NCBI RefSeq assembly: GCF_000828675.1
Contig: NZ_AP014510.1
Coordinates: forward strand, 575,413 to 639,412
Source of the DNA: Thermotoga profunda AZM34c06
Lineage (GTDB): Bacteria; Thermotogota; Thermotogae; Thermotogales; DSM-5069
Direction: 5' to 3'
DNA length: 64,000 nucleotides
The notes under the pieces were generated by a model. That model was not told where the DNA came from and ran no database searches. It saw nothing but the letters and a program-made list of their open reading frames with translations. Shown here piece after piece: positions 40,315-49,433 of the stretch. The number at the start of each line of letters is the position of its first letter. Positions within the stretch are counted from its first letter, which is position 1. A program made the position numbers and the translations under genes.

Positions 40315-41682
40315 CACAGTTTTGTCCTCAGATTGATCGATCTTGCTTTGCCTTTCTTGAACAAAAGCGATCATGTTCTCGTAAAACAATTTCATTTCCT
40401 GTTCAGATAGATTTTTTCGCGCGTATCTCAATCTTACATACACATCTGTTGCAACAGAAAGATTTTCTTGATTTTCAGCAATTTTGAGTATTTCAATTGG
40501 TGTTAAGTGATGATATTGGGCGAAGTATTTTCTTCTCAACCACCAATAAGCACCAAGGATGAATTTCTCGCTCGGTTCATATTCAGGAATAACCTCAATG
40601 GGATAGAGTTCGATATCTTTCGGTATATTTCCTTCTGCATTTTGTTCATGGTATGTTTTTAATCGCAAGCCTTTGAGTAATGAATAAATCAGAGTGATAA
40701 TCATCAATAAAAGAGCCAACATACTTATAATATCGAGTATCAGTGTTACGTTCATCTTTGATTGCTTTGTTTGTGAGTTCTCGATTACAATCGTAGCTGT
40801 ACTCGACGGTTGATAAAATTGCTGACTTTGTCCTGTTTTTTCCTCGTATTGAAAAGTTTCTTGAATGGTATTCTCAGATGGCTTGATGAATCTGAAAAAG
40901 AGCGACAAAGAGCATATGGCAATTGTAAAGGTCAGTATTCCAAGCATGAGTAATTTTAGTGTTCCTCTTACGCCAAAATTGCTAATAGAAAAGGTAAACA
41001 GTAATGATCCAAAGAGAATGAGTACCGCTGGAAACCATATCTTGTCTATGAAATCCGTCAAAAAACTCTTTTTTGAGTTCTGGGATCTTTCAGATGGCTG
41101 CATTAGAATGACCTGTTCCTCTTGTTGCTCCTTTTGGGTTTGTTGTTCTTGATGTGCGGGGATCAACGACAAGATTGGTTTGAGTGGAACAAAATCGATT
41201 CGCGAAAAGACTGTGGCAACTATTAGGATTGATAGTATGTATACTAAGGCGATTTTGAGGTTTAAAAGTTTTGACTTGTTCAAATACCATGTTCCCAGCA
41301 GGAACCCAAAAAATAAAAGATCGGCAACCGTTCCATGTGGCTTTGCCAAGCTTAGGTACACACCAAGAAAGATCAAAGAAAATACAGAAGACAGTCCACT
41401 TGAAACGAATATCATAATGAGCGCCGTTGCTACAAGAGTGAACATCACGGAGGTGAAAAATTCTATTTTGATAATGCCAGCCAATACGAAGTTAATGATT
41501 AAGATAGCAGGAAAGATGAAGATCATTGAACAACCCAGATCCGAGACCAAAAGAATAAATGAAAACACCATCAGACCAGCGAGTACCAGAGTTGCCCAGA
41601 TCGGTAATGAACTGAACAGATAAAAGCCCATCAATACGAGTAAGGCAACAGTTAGCAGTTTTTCAAAAGCCTTGAATTTCAT
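40264..41682 (-). CDS. polytopic membrane protein with a C-terminal DUF4129-like domain (MoxR-system partner)
   Basis: 472 aa with about 8 predicted TM helices and a soluble C-terminus (WWLRRKYF...TPIEIL). Last gene of the MoxR-DUF58 operon. Its 3' end overlaps the convergent mbfA-like gene by about 51 nt. Confidence 0.5.
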   Translation of the reverse strand: MKFKAFEKLLTVALLVLMGFYLFSSLPIWATLVLAGLMVFSFILLVSDLGCSMIFIFPAILIINFVLAGIIKIEFFTSVMFTLVATALIMIFVSSGLSSVFSLIFLGVYLSLAKPHGTVADLLFFGFLLGTWYLNKSKLLNLKIALVYILSILIVATVFSRIDFVPLKPILSLIPAHQEQQTQKEQQEEQVILMQPSERSQNSKKSFLTDFIDKIWFPAVLILFGSLLFTFSISNFGVRGTLKLLMLGILTFTIAICSLSLFFRFIKPSENTIQETFQYEEKTGQSQQFYQPSSTATIVIENSQTKQSKMNVTLILDIISMLALLLMIITLIYSLLKGLRLKTYHEQNAEGNIPKDIELYPIEVIPEYEPSEKFILGAYWWLRRKYFAQYHHLTPIEILKIAENQENLSVATDVYVRLRYARKNLSEQEMKLFYENMIAFVQERQSKIDQSEDKTVSNIDVKELSDKKTYEK

Positions 41683-42943
41683 CGAATACCTCCTGCAATG
41701 TTTGACTTGGTTTAACTATCCTGATAATTATCTGCTCTTTTTCGAGTAATCTTGCCCTTTCATTTAATCTTTGCATGTCCAATGGATACATTTCATATGT
41801 TCTTGTCGGTTTATATCTCGGGTCTCTAAATCCATACGGGATTAAAAGTACAATCACTCGAGAAACCTTTGCCCTTGCATTAATCAATAATGGGAGCAAT
41901 GAGTCAGTTAGGTACATGGATATTATCACCAAAGTATTTGATGGATTCAGAACATATAGATCTTTGGCTAATTCATCGGCGAGTTGTGGTCCATTTTCAT
42001 CGCCCTCTGCCATCGCGAGAAGTTCTACTGCGTTTACCCAATCGGAAGTAGAGCCGTAGTTTCTTCTCAAGACCTCTCTTGCTACAACAACGATGTCTAT
42101 GAAATTCCCTTGTTGTGTCAACCAATAAATAATTGATGATGTTGCAAGTACTGCTTCTTCTTCGTAATTTTTCCTTATCTGTGCCCAGACATTCTTTGCG
42201 AAAATATCTTTTGATAGATTCAGATCCAGATAAATTATGGTATTACTGACGGCAGTGAAATCGAGTTCTTTGACATACAGTTCACCCAATTTGGCTGATA
42301 TCTTCCAATGGATCTTATTCAAAGGTTCGTTGGAGTATTCTCTAACACCTTTTATCTGTGTTGTATCTTCGAGTAATTTGAAGTCTGATCTGATCCCTGG
42401 GAGGAGTTCTCTGAGTCGTGATGGAAAGGATTCCAGGTACATTATTTTCGGTAAGACGAGTATCTGTTGTTCAGCAGAGTAATGAGCCCAGTGCTTGAAA
42501 AATCCGAGCGGATGTTCGTAAACAACGACAAGATCGGTGAGAACCTTTTTGCCTCTGGTTGAGAAAGTTGTCTTGGCTTGCAAGATAATTGGTTGTGATT
42601 TTTGTAAATGTACAGGTTGATCTAAAAGGTTATAGGTCAAAAGACCGGCGACTTTTATCTGTGACAGGATATTTATGTTCATATTTCCCGAGGAACAACA
42701 GAGCCTATGGTGAATTATCACATCTTCATTTGTGAAAGATCGTGTTCTGTTAGCCCACCTTTCAATATCAAGGTTGCCTATCTTTTGTTTTGTCGAGAAA
42801 TAATTGAACCATAAGAAACCACAGCAAATACACAAAATTACCGAAAAACCATTGAAATTTGCCAAAAGCCAAAGCGCAGACAAAGTTGTGAACAAAGAGA
42901 GTATGCCACTCGAAGAAGAGATTTTTTGTAGTTTAAGTTTCAC
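41663..42943 (-). CDS. DUF58 domain protein (vWA-like, MoxR partner)
   Basis: 426 aa with two N-terminal TM helices and the DUF58 core around IKGVREYSNEPLNKIHWK. Overlaps moxR by 11 nt. Confidence 0.7.
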   Translation of the reverse strand: MKLKLQKISSSSGILSLFTTLSALWLLANFNGFSVILCICCGFLWFNYFSTKQKIGNLDIERWANRTRSFTNEDVIIHHRLCCSSGNMNINILSQIKVAGLLTYNLLDQPVHLQKSQPIILQAKTTFSTRGKKVLTDLVVVYEHPLGFFKHWAHYSAEQQILVLPKIMYLESFPSRLRELLPGIRSDFKLLEDTTQIKGVREYSNEPLNKIHWKISAKLGELYVKELDFTAVSNTIIYLDLNLSKDIFAKNVWAQIRKNYEEEAVLATSSIIYWLTQQGNFIDIVVVAREVLRRNYGSTSDWVNAVELLAMAEGDENGPQLADELAKDLYVLNPSNTLVIISMYLTDSLLPLLINARAKVSRVIVLLIPYGFRDPRYKPTRTYEMYPLDMQRLNERARLLEKEQIIIRIVKPSQTLQEVFDEIQGF

Positions 42944-43880
42944 TCTTTATCGGTGCCTCCTCTGTTTGAAGAATATAGTTGAGTATTTCTTGCTTGGTTT
43001 TTCTCATGAGTCTTGCTTCAGGTTTTAAGATTATCCTGTGTGCCAGTACATCTATCACTATCTCTTTGACGTCATCTGGCAAGACATAATCTCTACCCCT
43101 CAAACCAGCCAGAGATCTTGAGATTTCCATAAGAGCGATAGCACCCCTTGGACTTGCACCAAGGGCTATGTCCTCGTGTTCTCTGGTTCTTGAAACAATT
43201 CTTATTATGTAATCCAATATGGAGTCGTCAATGTAAATCTGTTTGACATTTTGTTTGGCTTCATCGAGTTCTTGTATATCACAAACAGGTTTCAGTGAAT
43301 CTATAGGATGAATTTTCTCGAGTTTGCGAAGCATTCTCATCTCGTCATCTCTACCAAGATAGCCGAGTGACACGCAGATGGAAAATCTATCGAGTTGTGC
43401 TTCAGGTAAAGGAAAGGTTCCTTCGAATTCCACAGGATTTTGCGTTGCTATTACAAAAAAGTGCTTACTCAATGAATAGGTGGTTCCGTCAACTGTAACT
43501 TGTCTCTCTGCCATAGCTTGAAGCAATGCCGACTGTGTTCGTGGAGTTGCCCTATTTATCTCATCTGCAAGAAGGATATCGGTGAAAATAGGACCTTTTT
43601 TGAAAACAAATTCGTTGTGTCTGACGTCCAAGATATTCAATCCCGTTATATCAGATGGTAACAAGTCTGGTGTGCATTGGACTCTGTTGAAATTCAAACC
43701 TACGGAAACAGATAGAGCCCTTGCGAGCATAGTCTTACCAACACCAGGAACATCGTTCAAAAGTACATGTCCGTCACTGAGCATAGAGGCTAATATTTTT
43801 TCCACGACGGTCTCTTTTCCAACGATCACCTTTGAGACGTTCTCGATTATCTTTCTCGCGAAATTCTCCAGAATTGCCAT
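42933..43880 (-). CDS. MoxR-family AAA+ ATPase
   Basis: Walker A LLNDVPGVGKT and Walker B ILLADEINRA. 315 aa. Confidence 0.85.
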   Translation of the reverse strand: MAILENFARKIIENVSKVIVGKETVVEKILASMLSDGHVLLNDVPGVGKTMLARALSVSVGLNFNRVQCTPDLLPSDITGLNILDVRHNEFVFKKGPIFTDILLADEINRATPRTQSALLQAMAERQVTVDGTTYSLSKHFFVIATQNPVEFEGTFPLPEAQLDRFSICVSLGYLGRDDEMRMLRKLEKIHPIDSLKPVCDIQELDEAKQNVKQIYIDDSILDYIIRIVSRTREHEDIALGASPRGAIALMEISRSLAGLRGRDYVLPDDVKEIVIDVLAHRIILKPEARLMRKTKQEILNYILQTEEAPIKSET

Positions 43881-44503
43881 TTGTGATTCCTCCTGTTATC
43901 CAAATTCGTTGGCTGTGATATCAATTTACCAACTGATCTGTACGCAGTTGCCTCTTTGCCAATAGATTCCTTGTTTCGATAATCGTGTTTTTTGATGAAT
44001 ATTGACAGTTGATCTTTCAGATAGTTCAATTTCTCAGTCTGAATTTCCTTAAAACGATCTTTTGTAGTATCATTCAATAATCTGTATATCTTGCCGAAAT
44101 GATATAGACAAAAAACTGAATCGCTTTGTGAAAAGAGTATCATACCATCAGTTTCACTGAGGATTTTACCAAAGGAACTTGTGTAAACTTCCTCGAGTTG
44201 AGACTCATGATTGCACAAATAGCAGCTACACGAGTATATATCTGATTCATTTTGTTTTATGGTTTTCAATTTGTGGTCGAGTATGTCTTCGTATATAATC
44301 GCTATACCTAACAGTCCAAGTTCAGGATGATGATGGAGGTATCTCTCGATAATTTCTACGTGTTTTCTACACAATCCCATGGTTCTCAAGTTCGATCTGA
44401 CTTGAGGGTCATTGACGAGCTCATACAAGATAGTGTCTATGAGTTTTTCCATGCTTTCATTGATCAATTTGCAAATAGGACAAGATTGATCTTTCTCAGA
44501 CAT
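43847..44503 (-). CDS. Cys-rich hypothetical protein, first gene of the MoxR operon
   Basis: 218 aa from ATG 44503 (MSEKDQSCPICK...). Motifs CPIC, CRKH and CSCYLCNH suggest metal binding. The 31 extra N-terminal residues in the ORF track are a terminator hairpin read as protein. Confidence 0.5.
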   Translation of the reverse strand: MSEKDQSCPICKLINESMEKLIDTILYELVNDPQVRSNLRTMGLCRKHVEIIERYLHHHPELGLLGIAIIYEDILDHKLKTIKQNESDIYSCSCYLCNHESQLEEVYTSSFGKILSETDGMILFSQSDSVFCLYHFGKIYRLLNDTTKDRFKEIQTEKLNYLKDQLSIFIKKHDYRNKESIGKEATAYRSVGKLISQPTNLDNRRNHKWQFWRISRER

Positions 44504-44557
44504 GATATCGATAATCTTGATTTCCACAAAATCTCTTGGTTTCAAATCTCTCACCTC

Positions 44558-44593
44558 GAAAAGAAAAAAACTCCTACTCTTTCGAGTAGGAGT
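44558..44593 (-). terminator. intrinsic terminator downstream of the GH38 mannosidase gene
   Basis: Minus-strand ACUCCUACUC-gaaa-GAGUAGGAGU hairpin followed by UUUUUUUCUUUUC, about 50 nt after the stop at 44645. Confidence 0.75.
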
Positions 44594-44644
44594 CATCAGC
44601 CTCTATGGGCAAGTATGGCAGACCCCATTGCCAAAATCATTATA

Positions 44645-47104
44645 TCATATTTTTATCAACCAACTTCGAACATTTTTGAGTTTTTCCTCTGGTTTAATTG
44701 GCTTTTCGGCGAGATTAACCTCGATTATCTCCTTAGATCGATATTTGATCTTTGGCTCATTTCCTTGTGGGTCGAAAGCTCGAATTATCACACCTTCACC
44801 ATTTTCAGAAGGTTTGAGAGTATTCAAGAAACCTCTTTCTATCTCCAGTTCTATCTTTGGAAGCTTTTCAAACTTTCCCTGGACTGCTATAGGTGGTATT
44901 TGATAATTTCTAACACTTCTATAGACATCTTCGATATTCCATTTGTCATGGAGGATAATCGAAAACTCGGCAACATGTTCGCCAATTCCCTGAGCTTCAG
45001 GTGTTCTAATACCAGGACCGGCATGATCTGGTCTTGTGACAAGATCGTTTCTTGAAAGCCACTCTACACATCTGAGCAAGGTTATCTTTAAACCATCGTG
45101 ATCGACCCGCACCTCCCTGAGTCCTTTTGTTGAGATCGTCACGCCAATCTCGGGAAGCGTCGCAAACCAGTACATTGCAAAATTGTTATCTGGCAATTCT
45201 GCCCATTTTGAATAATCCTCATCAAAATTTTCTATTGTATGTTCTACAGGGCCAAAATATCCATCGGTGATGAGTTTTGAAAGATTTTTGAATGGAAAGA
45301 CAATGGATAATCTGTGATCTTTTACGTAATTAATGAACTGGATTTTCACATCTATTCTTGGTGTGTCTCTGTAAAATGTATATTCGATTTCAAATGGTAA
45401 ATCTACCAATTTCTCTGAACGTTTTTTTCTGTTTATGGCTATTGATTCTGGTATTTGCATAGTATTTGTGACAACTATCTTCTTCATAAAAGATGAATCA
45501 ATGCAATTATTGATAGTGGCATTGGTTTTAAGTGAATTGAAAATCTCTTTTGATACCCAGCTGTAATTGTACTCATCACCGATATCTTCTACATCTTCAA
45601 GATAGCACAGATTTTCAAAAGTTCTTTCTTTGCATTTCAATGTTAAAGTTCCATTTTCGTTTACCCGATGAGGCTGATCGAAAGATCCATTTTTTCCTTT
45701 CGAACGAACTATGTTGATAGTTTTGAAAGAAAGACTTGGTGCTGAAACGTTCAGAAAGCATCTGTATGTTTTTCTCTGGTCATTCTCAATAGCTTTTGTA
45801 GTATTACTTTCGAAAAATCTTATTAGTGTACTCATATCATTTTGTAAATCTTCTGCAGATTCTATTATGACCGTTTCTATTTCATTTCCATCTTCATCGA
45901 TGAATTTATATTCACCCTCTTCCAATTTTGCACAAACTTCAACAACGCCTTGGAAATTGCTTTCAAGTGGGTTAAAGAGTGTGATACCCATATCATCAAC
46001 GCGTTTATCGACAATTTCAAGAAAAGTTTTTGCAAATAAAGCCCTCCCATGGTCTATCGCATTCTTCAGTCTTACTTGTATGACTTTGTGTACAGCGTCA
46101 ATACTACATCCACAGATACTGTCGTGTGGTTGACACTGTAGAATTTGTTTCCACCCGTACCAGATAGAATTAACTGGAGTTGGATTACCTGTTATTCTCG
46201 AGATGGCAAGAATCGGTTCCAAATAATGAATGTAGAATTTCTCAGCTTGGTAATGCAATATCTTTTCCCAGATTCTTGTCGAAGTCACGTCCTTCAATAC
46301 CGGAACGATTCTTGGCGATCTCAATTCTCCAGTAATATGAGATCGAGGTCTTTCAAGTTCTGCGACGTATTGCTCAAATCCAGCATGAACGAATTTAATT
46401 TCGTTTGTAGAGATTTCCTCAAGAATTTTACCTATATTGAAATAAGGAATCTCATGATCTGTCCCATTCATTAAAAGCGGTGGATTGTGCGAGGATATGT
46501 TTGAAAGTTTCTCTGATTCTTCGATCAATTTTCTTTTCAGTGCTTGCTCATTGATGCCAAAGTGTGCTGCATTCGAATAACTGTGAATGAGATAAATTGC
46601 ATCTACTTGATCACCAAAAGGTGTTGACCAAATAAATGTTGCATCTTCGAGTTTATCAACGCCGCGCCATATGACAGCCCACCTCAATCCAAGTCCTTTA
46701 ACTACTGTTGGCATATATGCGTTATGCCCAAACATATCTGGCAGATAGGCAATGTTTGAAAGTTTCACACCGTATCTTTCGGCAATTTTCTCGCTGTAGA
46801 GATAGTTTCTAACCCAAGATTCTGAAGCTACGAGAAACTCATCTGGCAGTACATACCATGGACCAACGCTGATCTTGCCATTTCTTATTAGATCGAGAAA
46901 ATCCTGTCTTATACCCATAGTTTCTTCGGAATCTTCGAGTACAATCGTTTGCCCGTCTAAGTGGAAATGCTTGAACGAATCATCTTTTTTCATATGATCA
47001 GTGAGTTTCTCGAGTAAGAGTGTCAATCTTTCTCTGAAAATTTCAAAAGTTGTGTACCATTCTCTATCCCAATGTGTGTGAGTCACTACAAAAGCCTTTT
47101 TCAA
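44645..47104 (-). CDS. GH38 alpha-mannosidase
   Basis: N-terminal HTHWDREW motif and a length of 819 aa fit bacterial GH38 enzymes. Confidence 0.85.
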   Translation of the reverse strand: MKKAFVVTHTHWDREWYTTFEIFRERLTLLLEKLTDHMKKDDSFKHFHLDGQTIVLEDSEETMGIRQDFLDLIRNGKISVGPWYVLPDEFLVASESWVRNYLYSEKIAERYGVKLSNIAYLPDMFGHNAYMPTVVKGLGLRWAVIWRGVDKLEDATFIWSTPFGDQVDAIYLIHSYSNAAHFGINEQALKRKLIEESEKLSNISSHNPPLLMNGTDHEIPYFNIGKILEEISTNEIKFVHAGFEQYVAELERPRSHITGELRSPRIVPVLKDVTSTRIWEKILHYQAEKFYIHYLEPILAISRITGNPTPVNSIWYGWKQILQCQPHDSICGCSIDAVHKVIQVRLKNAIDHGRALFAKTFLEIVDKRVDDMGITLFNPLESNFQGVVEVCAKLEEGEYKFIDEDGNEIETVIIESAEDLQNDMSTLIRFFESNTTKAIENDQRKTYRCFLNVSAPSLSFKTINIVRSKGKNGSFDQPHRVNENGTLTLKCKERTFENLCYLEDVEDIGDEYNYSWVSKEIFNSLKTNATINNCIDSSFMKKIVVTNTMQIPESIAINRKKRSEKLVDLPFEIEYTFYRDTPRIDVKIQFINYVKDHRLSIVFPFKNLSKLITDGYFGPVEHTIENFDEDYSKWAELPDNNFAMYWFATLPEIGVTISTKGLREVRVDHDGLKITLLRCVEWLSRNDLVTRPDHAGPGIRTPEAQGIGEHVAEFSIILHDKWNIEDVYRSVRNYQIPPIAVQGKFEKLPKIELEIERGFLNTLKPSENGEGVIIRAFDPQGNEPKIKYRSKEIIEVNLAEKPIKPEEKLKNVRSWLIKI

Positions 47105-47106
47105 AA

Positions 47107-48357
47107 TCAGTCACCTCTCTTTACAAAAACTGGATTTGTAATGACAAGTGGGAGGTTATCTTTTCCAAGAACGATTAGTAAAGCAAAGTCATCTGGTTCC
47201 ATATCGATTTTCATTTCTAATTCACCGATTTCACCAAGTTTCTTTGCAGTCTTCTTGGTGATCACGATCACATTTTTCTGACCAAGTTGACCAAATGAGG
47301 CTTTGATCTTTACTTTATCTTTCGCAATGACCGTTTCTCCACTTGTTTTATCCTCAACTGTAAAAGAAACATCATCTGTATAGCTTAAGATCACCTTACC
47401 ATTTTTGATCGCGAATAATACTTCTGAAAGGCTTAGTTCTCTCGCAAAAACAACTGTTTTTAGCCAATCAATTTCAGATTTCTTGTGCAAATCTCTACCA
47501 GCAGTAGCTGTGATTCTTCTGCCTTTCCTGAGATTTTCTATCCATTTTCCAATAGCTTCAAAATTCAGTTCAGTTCTACTCAAATCTGCGTTCCAAACTT
47601 CTACAAAATCTGTCTTAAATGGATCAAAATCATACATCCATTTACAGCCAACGCATAGAGGATCCCCTAACGCAAATGGATGGGCAACACCCATTAATCC
47701 ATATTGTTGATGCACTTCATTCATTACCTGAGTTATCTCTTTCTCTTGTCCATCGAGATTTTTCCAATCTATGAACGTATTACATCCCAAAACAAGTCCA
47801 TGTCCATTAAAGGTATTCAATTCTTGTCCCTGAAAACAAACTATATCTTTGATGGTTGATATTTCTCTCCAGCCAGTCACGTTACTATGATCGGTCAGGA
47901 AGAAAAAGTCAAATCCAAGTTCTTTCAGGTAATCTGCGAGTTCTTTCACGGTAAAAGTACCATCGCTGTGAACTGTATGAGTGTGAAGCTCTCCAATATA
48001 GGTTCTGTATTTCGAGTTGTTTTCAAACTCAATGATTAGTTTATAATTCACATCTGTGAAAAGATAATGATTTTCAAAACAAATTTTCCATCTCCCTGGC
48101 AGTGGCAGAGTCCTCTGCGCAGCGACGCTTGCGTGTTCTGCAATTGTAAACTGCTTTGTTCCCCGGTCATATCTTCCCATGAACCTACCCATAGAGTCAT
48201 AGATAAGCAGGTTTACGTGGTTCTGAATGAGCCCGATTGAGGTTGGGGCATATTCAAATTCAATCTTCAAAGCACTTGTATCTTGCGGAACATCAAATTC
48301 CTTGAACGATAATTTTTTTGAGTCTTCTGTGCTTAATTTTCCCTCAATAATTATCAA
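47107..48357 (-). CDS. PHP-domain metal-dependent phosphoesterase-like protein (CehA/McbA-like), function unknown
   Basis: HTHTVHSDG and LTDH motifs of the PHP fold, preceded by a roughly 140-aa beta-rich domain. Start proposed at TTG 48357, which has an AAGGAAGTGA RBS and overlaps the ATPase stop by 14 nt. The ORF-track start at 48471 would overlap that gene by 128 nt. Confidence 0.5.
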   Translation of the reverse strand: MIIIEGKLSTEDSKKLSFKEFDVPQDTSALKIEFEYAPTSIGLIQNHVNLLIYDSMGRFMGRYDRGTKQFTIAEHASVAAQRTLPLPGRWKICFENHYLFTDVNYKLIIEFENNSKYRTYIGELHTHTVHSDGTFTVKELADYLKELGFDFFFLTDHSNVTGWREISTIKDIVCFQGQELNTFNGHGLVLGCNTFIDWKNLDGQEKEITQVMNEVHQQYGLMGVAHPFALGDPLCVGCKWMYDFDPFKTDFVEVWNADLSRTELNFEAIGKWIENLRKGRRITATAGRDLHKKSEIDWLKTVVFARELSLSEVLFAIKNGKVILSYTDDVSFTVEDKTSGETVIAKDKVKIKASFGQLGQKNVIVITKKTAKKLGEIGELEMKIDMEPDDFALLIVLGKDNLPLVITNPVFVKRGD

Positions 48358-49420
48358 TTTGTTCACTTCCTTGTATTCTTTTACCGCTTTTTTCGAATAT
48401 GTGTATTTTGTCTCTTTTGAGCTTAATCCAAATTTTATCACCCGCCGTGTATGGGACATCTTCAAAGACAAGACATTTGATTTGGTAATTATCGATATTC
48501 AGCGTAATTATTGTTTCAACTCCAAGCGGTTCTATCACAAAGATTTGTGCGCAGAGATCTCCTTTTGTGCGATCTATTTGGATATTCTCTGGCCTTATCC
48601 CCAGATAAACATCCTGATATGTCTTTGCCAGAGGTATTTGTAGTTGAAATCTTTGCTCTCCAATATAACAATATCCATCTGAGATCCTACAGGGAATAAT
48701 ATTCATTGGTGGGTTTCCTATGAACGAAGCAACAAAGGTGTCTACAGGTTGATCATAAATTTGTTTTGGAGTTCCTATTTGTTTGATGATTCCACTGTCC
48801 ATAACGGCAATTTTTGTTGATAGCGCCATTGCTTCTGCTTGATCGTGTGTGACATAGACCACAGCCGTACCAAGTTCCATATGCAAGTGCTTCAGAAAAC
48901 TTCTTGCCTCGAGTCTGAGTTTTGCATCCAAATTGGATAAAGGTTCATCGAGCAGAAATACACTCGGGGTTTGTATCATTGCCCGCGCTAAGGCAACTCT
49001 TTGCTGCTGGCCACCGCTTATTTGCTGTGGATATCTGTCAAGTAGTTGGTTTATTTGAAGGCTTTCAGCTACAAAATTGACTCTTTTTTCTATTTCCTGC
49101 TTGTGAATCTTTCTCACAACGAGTGGGTATGAAATATTTTCTTTCACAGTCATATGAGGATAAAGAGCGTAATTCTGAAACACCATTGCAACGTTTCTTT
49201 CTTTCGGGAGTTTATATGTGACATCCTGATTTGCTATGAAGATTCTTCCTTCATCTGGTAATTCAAGTCCTGCTATAAGCCTTAACGTAGTTGTTTTGCC
49301 ACAGCCCGAAGGCCCAAGTAGTGTGAAAAAATCATGTTTTTCTATAGAAAAACTCACATTGTTGACTGCCATGATATTGGAGAATCTTTTGACAACATTT
49401 GTGAATTCTACCCAGGGCAC
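48344..49420 (-). CDS. sugar ABC transporter ATP-binding protein (MalK/MsmX-like)
   Basis: GPSGCGKTT Walker A, LSGGQQQRVALARA signature, LLDEPLSNLD Walker B and a C-terminal MalK-type regulatory domain. Start moved to GTG 49420 (MPWVEFTNVVKRF), which has an AAGGAGG RBS. The ORF-track start overlaps the permease gene. Confidence 0.8.
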   Translation of the reverse strand: MPWVEFTNVVKRFSNIMAVNNVSFSIEKHDFFTLLGPSGCGKTTTLRLIAGLELPDEGRIFIANQDVTYKLPKERNVAMVFQNYALYPHMTVKENISYPLVVRKIHKQEIEKRVNFVAESLQINQLLDRYPQQISGGQQQRVALARAMIQTPSVFLLDEPLSNLDAKLRLEARSFLKHLHMELGTAVVYVTHDQAEAMALSTKIAVMDSGIIKQIGTPKQIYDQPVDTFVASFIGNPPMNIIPCRISDGYCYIGEQRFQLQIPLAKTYQDVYLGIRPENIQIDRTKGDLCAQIFVIEPLGVETIITLNIDNYQIKCLVFEDVPYTAGDKIWIKLKRDKIHIFEKSGKRIQGSEQIDNY

Positions 49421-49433
49421 GGTACAACCTCCT

